A DNA stretch of 64,000 bases from Dehalococcoidia bacterium (GTDB lineage: Bacteria > Chloroflexota > Dehalococcoidia > Bin125): NCBI GenBank assembly GCA_963663895.2, contig CAXXRD010000003.1, forward strand, positions 160,001 to 224,000, written 5' to 3'. Below the pieces are notes generated by a model. That model was not told the DNA's origin and did no database searches. It worked only from the letters and a program-made list of their open reading frames with translations. Shown here one piece after another: positions 29,556 through 38,381 of the stretch (its first letter is position 1; the number at the start of each line of letters is the position of its first letter). A program made the position numbers and the translations under genes.

Positions 29556-29927
29556 CTACGCAGAGATTTGGGCCAGTTGTGCTTTGATCTCTGGGGGAAA
29601 TGCCCACGGCTTGACCTGCGAGCGTAGATTGCGCACTTCCTCCGCGGAGAACGGACCGTCGTCGTCGGTCCACTCTGCGAAGCAATTCCTCCGTATGTTG
29701 ACTCTCGACTGCAACGCTTCTTCCATTTTCTCCGCCTCTGTCTCGGTGAGTGCGAGGTACAGCATGCACAGAGCTTGGACTTCACAGTCTCTAGCCGTGA
29801 TCGATTCTCCCACGGGACTTTCGGCGTCGACGTTGTTCACATACTCGCTGATGTCGAACGGCGGTACGCCGTCCCAAAAGGTTTCAGAAAGCATCGTTTC
29901 CTCTCGTGGGCTGCTGCTGGTCGGCAT
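29556..29927 (-). CDS. Hypothetical acidic protein
   Basis: 123 aa ORF downstream of the integrase on the same strand; start uncertain. Confidence 0.5.
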   Translation of the reverse strand: MPTSSSPREETMLSETFWDGVPPFDISEYVNNVDAESPVGESITARDCEVQALCMLYLALTETEAEKMEEALQSRVNIRRNCFAEWTDDDGPFSAEEVRNLRSQVKPWAFPPEIKAQLAQISA

Positions 29928-30022
29928 GGCCCGCTCGCATCGTCGGACGTTCTCATCTCTAGGGAATTGCGGGGCGTGCCGTGATTGGCTTCGTCGAGAC
30001 TAGCGCCATGCAAGCAGCTGAT

Positions 30023-31207
30023 CTAGCTGAAGACCACGTCCGCGAGCTTGTCCATGGCCACGCGTCGCGCCTCCGGCAGCATGTGTGCGTAGATATCGGC
30101 CGTGGTGCTCATCTGCTGGTGACCTAGGAGGTCCGAGACTTCCTTCATCCCGACCCCCGCCCCCAGAAGATAGGTCGCCGCTCCGTGGCGCAGGTCGTGG
30201 AAGCGGATGCGCGGCAGCCCGGCCCGCTTGAGGTGACGCTGGAGGGTATGGGTGACATTCGTGCCATTCAGCGGCTGCCCGTTCCGCGTGACGAAGACCA
30301 GTCGCCAGGAGAAGCGCACGATCTGGGCGCGCCGATGCCTGCGTAGGGCCGCCACCAGGGGCGGAGCCAGGGCCAGCGTGCGGCGGGAGCGGTCCGTCTT
30401 GATGTCGTCGAGGTGGTAGGCCCCGTCGTAGCGCTTCAGGCTGCGCCGTACGGTCAGCGTCCCCGCCTCGAGGTCCACATCCGGCCAGGTGAGGCCCAAC
30501 AGCTCGCCCTGGCGCATGCCGGTGGCGATGGCCAGCTGGAAGAGCGCCTCCAGCCGATCGCCTGCGATCTCCTGGAGGAGGGTCTGCGTTTGCTCCGGCG
30601 TCAGCGGGCGGACCTCCTTGCGCGGGGGTGTTTGCAGCCGCACCAGGCGGGCGACGTTGCGGGAGACCAGCTCCTGGCGCTCCGCCTCGGCCAGGGCCGA
30701 ACGCAGCACCGCCCGGACGTAGCGCCGCCAGGCGGGGCGATCGGCCAGGGTGTGGAAGTAGGTTTGTAGGTCGGCCACGGAGAGCCGGGTGAGGCGGCGA
30801 TGCCCCAGGTTGGGAATCAGTTGCGTTTCGACGATGTTCCGGTAGCCGTACAGGGTCGCGGGCCGGATGCGCTCGGCGGCGACGTGGGCCAGCCAGTGGC
30901 GCAGCCACTGCTCGACGGTGAGGTGGGGGTCGGCGGCGAGGCCGCTAAGCCCGCGCGTGCGTTCGCGCTCGGCCAGCCGTGTGCGCAGGACCGCCTCCGC
31001 CTGGGTGCCGGGCACGACCTCGGATCGGTAGCGGCGGCGGGCACCGCTGCCGATCGACCAGCGGGCCTGAAAGAAGCCCGGTGCAGTTGCCGGACGGAGC
31101 CGGACCCGTGCGGTCGTTTGGAGCCTGAGCGGGAGCGCGGCATGCCCAAACACTACGGCTGGCGGCAGCCCGCGAGACACCCCCGAGAAGTGGCACGGGA
31201 GTGGCAT
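30023..31207 (-). CDS. Tyrosine recombinase/integrase (phage/ICE type)
   Basis: TVEQWLRHWL, TGMRQGELLGLTW, IKT, RFHDLRHGAAT, LLGH, TTADIYAH (full catalytic set); start uncertain (ATG 31207 used). Confidence 0.92.
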   Translation of the reverse strand: MPLPCHFSGVSRGLPPAVVFGHAALPLRLQTTARVRLRPATAPGFFQARWSIGSGARRRYRSEVVPGTQAEAVLRTRLAERERTRGLSGLAADPHLTVEQWLRHWLAHVAAERIRPATLYGYRNIVETQLIPNLGHRRLTRLSVADLQTYFHTLADRPAWRRYVRAVLRSALAEAERQELVSRNVARLVRLQTPPRKEVRPLTPEQTQTLLQEIAGDRLEALFQLAIATGMRQGELLGLTWPDVDLEAGTLTVRRSLKRYDGAYHLDDIKTDRSRRTLALAPPLVAALRRHRRAQIVRFSWRLVFVTRNGQPLNGTNVTHTLQRHLKRAGLPRIRFHDLRHGAATYLLGAGVGMKEVSDLLGHQQMSTTADIYAHMLPEARRVAMDKLADVVFS

Positions 31208-31287
31208 GCCCAGCCGGGCGTCCCACTTCGAGCGGGGTGGGGGTGCGCAGATTCCCCTCGGATCGTAGGGAAATCGCGAGGGGTGGG

Positions 31288-31363
31288 TGGTGAGCCGCCT
31301 AGGACTCGAACCTAGAACCGGCTGATTAAGAGTCAGCTGCTCTTCCAATTGAGCTAGCGGCCC
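31288..31363 (-). tRNA. tRNA-Lys(CTT)
   Basis: GGGCCGCTAGCTCAATTGGAAGAGCA GCTGA-CTCTTAA-TCAGC CGGTTCTAGGTTCGAGTCCTAGGCGGCTCACCA. Confidence 0.97.
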
Positions 31364-31486
31364 ACGCTGATCTGCGCCCCTCCGAGCGGGCGAGTTGTGC
31401 CGACGATCTTAGCACCGACAGAGCCGAGCAGCGCCCCGGACCGCGGCGCGCCGGGACAGAGGGAAAGACCGTCCGCAGCGCCCAGA

Positions 31487-31516
31487 TTGACCGCCTCGCG
31501 CGGGCCTGAGTAGCAT
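31487..31516 (+). promoter_or_regulatory. Sigma70-type promoter for tRNA-Val
   Basis: TTGACC-N18-TAGCAT, about 35 nt upstream of the tRNA. Confidence 0.6.
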
Positions 31517-31550
31517 CGATCGAGCGGCTCCCCATACGGGCAGGAGCCGG

Positions 31551-31627
31551 GGGCGGTTAGCTCAGACGGCTAGAGCGCTGCGTTGACATCGCAGAGGTCA
31601 CTGGTTCAAGTCCAGTATCGCCCACCA
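31551..31627 (+). tRNA. tRNA-Val(GAC)
   Basis: GGGCGGT acceptor stem, CTGCG-TTGACAT-CGCAG anticodon arm, GGTTCAAGTCC, ends ATCGCCCACCA. Confidence 0.97.
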
Positions 31628-31773
31628 TCGCTTGCCTGCAGCGATCCTGACCTGTAGAAAGAGCCATGCTCGTGGGAGCGGTTCTCATCTTCAGCTTCTA
31701 AGGATCTCCCGATTCCCCTCGCACCAACTCCACGGCGGACCGCCGCCCGGCGCGGCTGATCGAGGCCTGACCC

Positions 31774-33510
31774 GTGGCCGCGACAGATGTCAACGACCAG
31801 GTCCGCTACGAACCGGACGAGCGTCCGCCCCCCGCCATAGCCGTCGGCGCGGGCGTGCAGGCCGCCATGATCATCGTGGCGCCGGTGGTCCTAACCGTGG
31901 TCATCGTGGCCCGGATCGCCGAGCAGCCCGAGAGCTACATCTCCTGGGGCGTCTTCGCGGCGCTCCTGATCAGCGGCGTCACCACCGTGCTCCAGGCCGT
32001 CCGGGTGGGACGGGTCGGGGCCGGGCACGTGCTGATCATGGGCACCTCGGGGGCCTTCATCGCGGTCTGCGTCGCGGCCCTCGTGGAGGGCGGCCCCGCC
32101 ACGATGGCGAGCCTCATCGTCGTCTCGTCGCTGTTTCAGTTCCTGCTGGCGGCGCGGCTCTCGCTGCTGCGCCGCATCCTGACGCCGGTCGTCTCGGGCA
32201 CGGTGATCATGCTGATCGCCGTCACAGTCATGCCGCCCGTGTTCGACACGTTGGACGACGTGCCCGAGGGAACGGCGGCGGTCGCCGCGCCGCTGGCGGC
32301 CATGGCCACCCTGGCCACCGTGGCGGCGCTCGTCTTGCGCGGCCCGCCGGCCTGGCGGCTGTGGTCGCCGCTGGCCGGCATCGCGGTGGGCTGCGCCGTG
32401 GCCGCGCCCTTCGGGCTCTACGACGTGGATCAGGTGCTGGAAGCGCCCTGGATCGGCGTTCCCCTGGACGCCTGGCCGGGATTCGACCTGACCCCAGGCG
32501 TGGAGTTCTGGGCGCTCCTGCCGGCATTCGTGGTAGTGACCCTGGTGGGCGCCATCGAAACCGTCGGCGACGGCGTCGCCATCCAACGGGTCTCCCGACG
32601 CCGGCAGCGGGCGACCGATTTCCGGACGGTCCAGGGTGCGCTCAACGCCGACGGCGTGGGGAATCTGCTCTCCGGCATCGCCGGGACGCTGCCCAACACC
32701 ACCTACTCAAGCAGCGTGTCACTGGCCGAGGTCACCGGCATCGCCGCGCGTCGGGTGGGGGTCGTCATCGGCCTGCTCTTCGTCGCGGTGGCGTTCCTCC
32801 CCAAGGTCGCAGCCTTGCTGATCGCGATTCCCGGCCCCGTGGCGGCCAGCTACATCGTCGTGCTCCTGGGGCTGCTCTTCGTGCAAGGGATGAAGGTCAT
32901 CATCCAAGACGGCGTCGACCACCGGAAGGCAGCCGTCGTCGGTCTCTCCTTTTGGATCGGCGCGGGCTTCCAGAACCAATGGATCTTCCCCGACCTGCTG
33001 GGGGAGGGCTTCGTAGCCGTGCTGCTCGGCAACGGCATGACGGCGGGCGCCATCGTCGCCATCGTCATGATGCTGTTCATGGATCTGACCGGCCCGCGAC
33101 GCCGGCGGCTGCAGGTCGCGCTGGAAAGCGCCGCCTTGCCGAGGATCGAAGCATTCCTGCGCGGGTTCGCGATGAAGCGCGGATGGAACGCGGCCTCGAC
33201 GAACCGGCTGGCCTCGGCGGGCGAGGAGGCCCTGGCGATCTTGCTGCAGGAGGCCGATGACGAGGCCGGGACGGCGCGCCGCTTGAGCGTCACCGCGCGC
33301 ATGGAGGGCCACTCGGCCGAGCTCGAGTTCGCCACGGTCTTGGAGGGGGAGAACATGGAGGACCGCTTGGCGTATCTGAGCGCGCTGCCCCCCGTACCGG
33401 ACGAGCACGAGGTCTCGTTCCGCTTGTTGCTGCACTACGCCTCTTCGGTGCGCCACCAGAAGTATCACGGCGTGGACATCGTCACGGTGACCGTCGAGGG
33501 CCGGCGTTAG
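31774..33510 (+). CDS. NCS2 (xanthine/uracil permease-like) transporter with extra C-terminal cytoplasmic domain
   Basis: YEPDERPP, GVTTVLQ, TPVVSGTVIMLI, ETVGD, GALNADG...PNTTYSS; about 130 aa soluble tail. Confidence 0.9.
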   Translation: MAATDVNDQVRYEPDERPPPAIAVGAGVQAAMIIVAPVVLTVVIVARIAEQPESYISWGVFAALLISGVTTVLQAVRVGRVGAGHVLIMGTSGAFIAVCVAALVEGGPATMASLIVVSSLFQFLLAARLSLLRRILTPVVSGTVIMLIAVTVMPPVFDTLDDVPEGTAAVAAPLAAMATLATVAALVLRGPPAWRLWSPLAGIAVGCAVAAPFGLYDVDQVLEAPWIGVPLDAWPGFDLTPGVEFWALLPAFVVVTLVGAIETVGDGVAIQRVSRRRQRATDFRTVQGALNADGVGNLLSGIAGTLPNTTYSSSVSLAEVTGIAARRVGVVIGLLFVAVAFLPKVAALLIAIPGPVAASYIVVLLGLLFVQGMKVIIQDGVDHRKAAVVGLSFWIGAGFQNQWIFPDLLGEGFVAVLLGNGMTAGAIVAIVMMLFMDLTGPRRRRLQVALESAALPRIEAFLRGFAMKRGWNAASTNRLASAGEEALAILLQEADDEAGTARRLSVTARMEGHSAELEFATVLEGENMEDRLAYLSALPPVPDEHEVSFRLLLHYASSVRHQKYHGVDIVTVTVEGRR

Positions 33511-33537
33511 CGCCGCAGCGCCGTCACGCGTCTCGGG

Positions 33538-33615
33538 AGCGCGCCAGCGCGACCCGACCCCGAGCAAACCCTCTATCACCTCAGGAGCCCGCGCCACCAC
33601 CCGCGCTGGCGCGCT
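33538..33615. repeat. Perfect 14-bp inverted repeat between convergent genes
   Basis: agcgcgccagcgcg (33538-33551) and cgcgctggcgcgct (33602-33615). Confidence 0.6.
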
Positions 33616-33624
33616 GGCCGATCG

Positions 33625-34470
33625 CTAGAAGAGCTGGGCGTCCGCGCCGAACCACTTCTGGATGAGAGCGTTCAACGAGCCGTCTTCCTTCATGCCGTCA
33701 ATGGCCCGGTCCAGCCTGTCCTTCAGCCAGCCATCATCCTCCCGAACGCCGACGCCCACGCCGGACTCCAACGTCACCTCGGGGCCGACGAGGGTCAGGC
33801 CGTCCCCGCTCTCCGCCATGCTGTCGCGGGCGAACCCCAAGTCGACTAGCGCCGCATCCGCCTCGCCGCTCAGGACGGCGGCCACGACCTCCGGAGCCAA
33901 GGCGTACTCCACCAGCGTCGCGCCGGATTGAGAGAGGTAGTCGGCCTGGACGGTGGCGACCTGGGCGGCCACTCTGCCGGCGACCACCTCGTCGCCCGCG
34001 CCGGCCCGAGCGATGTAGACCGAGGGGCTGGGAGGGATGTACGGCTGCGTGAAGTCGATCACTGCGTCCCGCTCGTCGGTGATGCTCATCCCGGCAAGGA
34101 TGGTGTCGTAGTCACCCGCAACAAGGTTGGGGATCATGCTGTCCCATTCCGTGGTCACCCAGGTGCACTCGAGGTCGGCGCGCCGGCACAGCTCGTCCCC
34201 CAGCTCCCGCTCGAACCCATCGACTTCGCCGCTGTCGTTGATGAAGTTGTAAGGGGGATAGGCCCCTTCCGTGCCCAGGCGGACGGTCTCGGATCCTCCG
34301 GTGCACGACAGACAGGCGAGGACGAGGACGGCGATCGCGGCGACCGGCGTCAGAGCCCTGAGCACGGCCCTCTGCGTTCCGCCAACACCCGTCGCAGACA
34401 GCACGAAACCGTGGAGGCGCCGCTCTCTCCGGTACCCGTGCTTTTTCGCGATCGGCCCCAGATTCACCAT
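33625..34470 (-). CDS. Polar amino-acid ABC substrate-binding protein (probable lipoprotein)
   Basis: LACLSC lipobox-like, GTEGAYPPYN, WDSMIPNL, AGMSITDER, DFTQPY; start may be downstream of 34470. Confidence 0.92.
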   Translation of the reverse strand: MVNLGPIAKKHGYRRERRLHGFVLSATGVGGTQRAVLRALTPVAAIAVLVLACLSCTGGSETVRLGTEGAYPPYNFINDSGEVDGFERELGDELCRRADLECTWVTTEWDSMIPNLVAGDYDTILAGMSITDERDAVIDFTQPYIPPSPSVYIARAGAGDEVVAGRVAAQVATVQADYLSQSGATLVEYALAPEVVAAVLSGEADAALVDLGFARDSMAESGDGLTLVGPEVTLESGVGVGVREDDGWLKDRLDRAIDGMKEDGSLNALIQKWFGADAQLF

Positions 34471-35639
34471 TTGTTGGACTCCTCCGCGTATACGGAATCT
34501 GGCAATCGATAGCTGATGCCCACCTCGTCGAAAACCGAGATCTCGAGCAGCTGCGTGAACTTATTGAAATTGCTATCGCGAACGCGCCTCGGAAATAGCC
34601 GAGCCATCACACGCTCGAATCGACCTTGCAATCGAAACCAGGCCAGCACGCCGAAGGTGGGGCGGCGGGGATACTCCAGCTGGTCGGCAAGCGTTTTCCC
34701 GATGAGTGCGCGCGAGACGGTGTACACGTACTTGACCAGCTTGCGGCGGGCGGTCCGCTCGGTGATCCCTACCAGCAATGGAGCAGAGTTGAGCAGTGAA
34801 TTCGCCAGGACGACCGACTCCGTACCGGGAGTCGGTTCGCTGACAGTGCCGATCTCAAACAGCCGCAAGGCTTCCTCTTCATCACGATATAAAATCGTCT
34901 CGGGAATGCCCATGAGATAACCAGAGTAGCGCCAGACCGCCATGAAACTTTCGCGCTCTTCGTCGCTGAACCGAGCGCCCAAACTTTTCATATGTTTCAG
35001 CAACCTTGCCGAAAAGGCGGTGATCGCATAGCCCACGTGGGCGGAGCTCAGCGGCACGCCCCAGGCCTCCGCATCCCACTCATCTGAATTCTTCAACAGG
35101 TATCGAACTTGTGCGTGAACCAGCCGCACGCGGACGGACAGCCTCCAGCCGTCCCCGTTTCTTTCCATGCCGCCGGGCATGAATATCTCGACCATGTGGC
35201 GGTTATTTTGTTTCAGCCGTCGGACGCCCTGATCGCGCAGCCGCCCGGTTATGAAGAAGGATTTGCTGATATTGGTCGAAAACCCTTCGACCAGGGTGCC
35301 TCCGACCATCGCCCCCAGAATCAGCTTCGAATTCCTGTGAAACATGCGAGCGCCGGGGTTGAATGCCGGAAGGTCGACCCAATCGGGCGGAGACTCCAGC
35401 TCCTCGAAGAAAGCACGCAGCGCTGGCAGCTCATCAAGCAAAGCGCCGTTGCCCGGATTCTCCATGCCGATCTCGATGAGCCGATGCGCCTCTTCCGGTT
35501 CGAGAGCGCTGAGCTGCTCGACCAGGGCGTCGGCTTCGGGGTCTCCGATGAGCGTGTGGGCGATGTAGTTGGCGGCTACGTCCGGATCAAGGCCGCGCGC
35601 GCGCTCGTAACCATCCTCGTAGTCGGACGGCATCTTCAT
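34464..35639 (-). CDS. Oxygenase of the MpaB/latex-clearing-protein (DUF2236) family
   Basis: GDPEADALV, PPDWVD, TGRL...RRLKQN, SVRVRLVHAQVR, WGVPLS, WRYSGYLMGI; start ATG 35639 or 35633. Confidence 0.85.
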   Translation of the reverse strand: MKMPSDYEDGYERARGLDPDVAANYIAHTLIGDPEADALVEQLSALEPEEAHRLIEIGMENPGNGALLDELPALRAFFEELESPPDWVDLPAFNPGARMFHRNSKLILGAMVGGTLVEGFSTNISKSFFITGRLRDQGVRRLKQNNRHMVEIFMPGGMERNGDGWRLSVRVRLVHAQVRYLLKNSDEWDAEAWGVPLSSAHVGYAITAFSARLLKHMKSLGARFSDEERESFMAVWRYSGYLMGIPETILYRDEEEALRLFEIGTVSEPTPGTESVVLANSLLNSAPLLVGITERTARRKLVKYVYTVSRALIGKTLADQLEYPRRPTFGVLAWFRLQGRFERVMARLFPRRVRDSNFNKFTQLLEISVFDEVGISYRLPDSVYAEESNKW

Positions 35640-35679
35640 CAAGCGGGAAGTCCCAGTCACGTACTTGGCATCCCGTGTG

Positions 35680-37956
35680 CTAATTCTCGCCGGACGCTTC
35701 TTCCACGCGCAGCTCCGGAATCCAGCGGAGGAACGGCGGCAGATACCAGTTTCCCTTGCCCAGCACCTCCATACTAGCGGGGACCAAGATGGACCGTACC
35801 AGCGTTGCATCCAGCAGCACGGCTATCCCAAGGCCGAAACCAATCAGCTGATTGACGACGGTCTCTCCCATCGCGAATCCGCCGAAGACCGCGACCATGA
35901 TGAGCGCCGCGCCGGTGATGATCCTCCCGGTCGAGCGCAGGCCGTAGCTCACCGCCTCGGTGTTGTCTCCGCTCTCGTCGTAGCGCTCCCGGATGCGGCT
36001 GAGCAAGAATACATGATAGTCCATGGAGAGCCCGAAGAGGATGGCGAAGAGAAACAGCGGGATCCAGGCGTCGATCACCTCCGCCTGCTGGAACCCCAGC
36101 AGATCCGTGGCGACTCCTTTCTGGAACACCAGCACCAGCAGCCCGTAGGTCGCGCCGACGGAGAGCAGGTTCATAATGATGGCCTTGATCGGAATCACGA
36201 TCGAGCGGAAGACCATCATCAAGATGATGAAGCTGAGACCCAGCACGAAGATGAAGACGATCGGCGTGTAGAAATCGACAATGCCATAAAAGTCGGCGAC
36301 CTCGGCCGTCAAGCCGCCAACGTGGACCTCCGCCGGGACCTCGGCGAAGGCGGCGGAAATGTGCTGCTCGCGGAGCGTGGCCATGTCCTCGGCAGCCTCG
36401 GGACTGGCCGGCTTCCCTGGGAAGGGGAGTGTCAGCAGGGCGAGGTCGCGAGCAGCGTTGACTTCCAGCGGGGCGGGCGGGACCGGGAAGGTCGGGTCGT
36501 TTAGAAGGCGCTGCTCAAGGCGCCCGATCGCCTGCTCCACCCGGGGATCGTCGATATCGCCGTCAACGACGATCTCGGCCGGGCTGAGGTATCCGGCGGG
36601 GCTAACGGTCCCCTCGGAGAACTTCTCTTCAAACAGGAGGAACGCCTCCTTGGTCTTGGCCTTGTCGGGGAAGGTGTTGACGTCGTTGAGCCCGGTCCGG
36701 ATATCGAAATAGAAGTACGACAGGGCGAGCAGCGGAGCGGCGACGAGGACGATGCTGACGATCGGATACCGCATCACGGCGCGCGTCAGGAGATCCTGGA
36801 GCCCCCGCCGGGAGGTACCGGCACCCTTCACCGAGAACCTGGCGAGGACGGGGATGGTGAGGAGATCCACTTTGGGGCCGAGCACCACGAGCCAGGCGGG
36901 TAGGAGCGTGAGCGTCATCGCCAGCGCCGCGATGACCACCAGAATGGCGCCCAGAGCGAGCGACTGGTAGAAGGACGCCGGCACGATCAGCAGCCCGATC
37001 AGGGCCAGCACGACGGTCGCGCCGCTGAACAGCACCGTGCGGCCGGCGGTCTCGCCCGCTCTCATGACCGCGTCCCGCGGCGCCAGACCGCGGTCCATCT
37101 CCTCCCGGAAGCGGGACACGATCAGCAGCGAATAGTCGATGCCCACCGCCAGGCCGATCATGACGACCATCATCTGGACGAAGAAGACCAGCTGGAATAG
37201 CTGGCCAATGATCGATACCGCGGCCAGCGCGATGGCGATCGCGACGACCGCGAGCCCCAAGGGCAGCAGGGTAGCGACGACGGCGCCAAAGAGCCCCAGC
37301 AACACGATCAGCGCCACCGGAATACCGATCCGCTCGCCTCTCTCTAAGTCTTCGGCCGCCAGCTCGTTGTTCTCAAAAGCGACGCTGGCGCTTCCGCCGA
37401 TGAGCACGAGGAAGTCGTCCGCTACGTCCGCTTCTTCGACGACGTGAATAACGTTCTCGACGTTTTCGGTCGCCTCCACCGAGCTGCCGGCCAAGGTGTA
37501 GTACATCAGGACCGTCCGGCCGTCGTCGGAAACCAGCAGTCTGCCTAACTCCTCCTGCTGCTGCGGACTGAGGAAAGCCCTCGCGGCGAGAAACTGGTAC
37601 TGGTAGTAGTGGTGCAGGGGTTCGCCAGCTATCCCCCCGTCGATCGTCTCCGGTCCCAGCGCGAGGATCTGGGTATGGACCGCCTCCACCTTGGCGCGGA
37701 AGGTGGGGTCGTCCACCGTCAAGGAGGGCGACTGCACGATGACGATCTCGGTTAGCTTCTCCGGCCCGCGCAGCCGATCCTCCAGCAGAGCGGCCGCTCG
37801 CTCGGACTCGTACCTGCCGGCCAGCCGGAAGTCCGTGGTGAGCGCGCTGTCGAGCAGATTGAAGGTGATCCCGGCGGCGACCACCCCCAGCACACCCCCC
37901 AGGCCGATGGTCACCAGCGGGCGCCGCACGCTGATACGGATAAGAGCGCTGATCAA
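35680..37956 (-). CDS. MMPL (RND) family transporter
   Basis: IGLAVGIDYSLLIVSRFREE, AGRTVLFSG, FGLSMDYHVFLLSRIRE, TGRIITGAALIM. Confidence 0.95.
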   Translation of the reverse strand: MISALIRISVRRPLVTIGLGGVLGVVAAGITFNLLDSALTTDFRLAGRYESERAAALLEDRLRGPEKLTEIVIVQSPSLTVDDPTFRAKVEAVHTQILALGPETIDGGIAGEPLHHYYQYQFLAARAFLSPQQQEELGRLLVSDDGRTVLMYYTLAGSSVEATENVENVIHVVEEADVADDFLVLIGGSASVAFENNELAAEDLERGERIGIPVALIVLLGLFGAVVATLLPLGLAVVAIAIALAAVSIIGQLFQLVFFVQMMVVMIGLAVGIDYSLLIVSRFREEMDRGLAPRDAVMRAGETAGRTVLFSGATVVLALIGLLIVPASFYQSLALGAILVVIAALAMTLTLLPAWLVVLGPKVDLLTIPVLARFSVKGAGTSRRGLQDLLTRAVMRYPIVSIVLVAAPLLALSYFYFDIRTGLNDVNTFPDKAKTKEAFLLFEEKFSEGTVSPAGYLSPAEIVVDGDIDDPRVEQAIGRLEQRLLNDPTFPVPPAPLEVNAARDLALLTLPFPGKPASPEAAEDMATLREQHISAAFAEVPAEVHVGGLTAEVADFYGIVDFYTPIVFIFVLGLSFIILMMVFRSIVIPIKAIIMNLLSVGATYGLLVLVFQKGVATDLLGFQQAEVIDAWIPLFLFAILFGLSMDYHVFLLSRIRERYDESGDNTEAVSYGLRSTGRIITGAALIMVAVFGGFAMGETVVNQLIGFGLGIAVLLDATLVRSILVPASMEVLGKGNWYLPPFLRWIPELRVEEASGEN

Positions 37957-38381
37957 AAGTGGCTTCCCCCCTTAGCAAGATAGAGCCCGTCCGCGAGGCG
38001 GTCCACGCCAGCGATATCTCTTCCGCATGGGTGGCCTAGATCAGCTCCGGCCCACTTCCAAATACTCAGAGTTCGCATGGCAGCTCCAGTTGTCGAAACG
38101 CTGCTGAGCGGCTCAGCAGACTCGCCATGGACCCAGGCCGACCCCCGCCTGCGTCGACGCCGGATCGCCAACAGGCGTGGAGGAGCGCGCGTCGGAGAGC
38201 GCGTCAGTGGATAGCGGCCGAGGGCGGGGAGTAGTGCATGATCGGAGGCCGCCGTAGGCTTGCCAGACGCGTATGCTCCCATAGAGTCCTGTAGAGATAT
38301 TGCTCTGGAGAGCGATCGTCCGCGCACGCGGCACCGGGCGGGATCGATAAGCAGGAAGCGACGAGCAGTGACGATCGGCGC

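Larger units (their letters stand above)
22000..31287. mobile_element. Decayed integrative island at the 3' end of tRNA-Lys carrying defence-like genes
   Basis: Integrase abuts the tRNA 3' end; R-M system, HEPN-like gene, phage-like ORFs and gene remnants; no att duplication found, so the left boundary is uncertain. Confidence 0.55.

Noticed and set aside
31208-31348. Integrase ORF extending through tRNA-Lys
   Set aside because: A chance open frame across the tRNA gene.
38000-38381. Possible T-box upstream of thrS (also checked upstream of alaS)
   Set aside because: No GGTGGnACC T-box bulge motif or terminator recognised.
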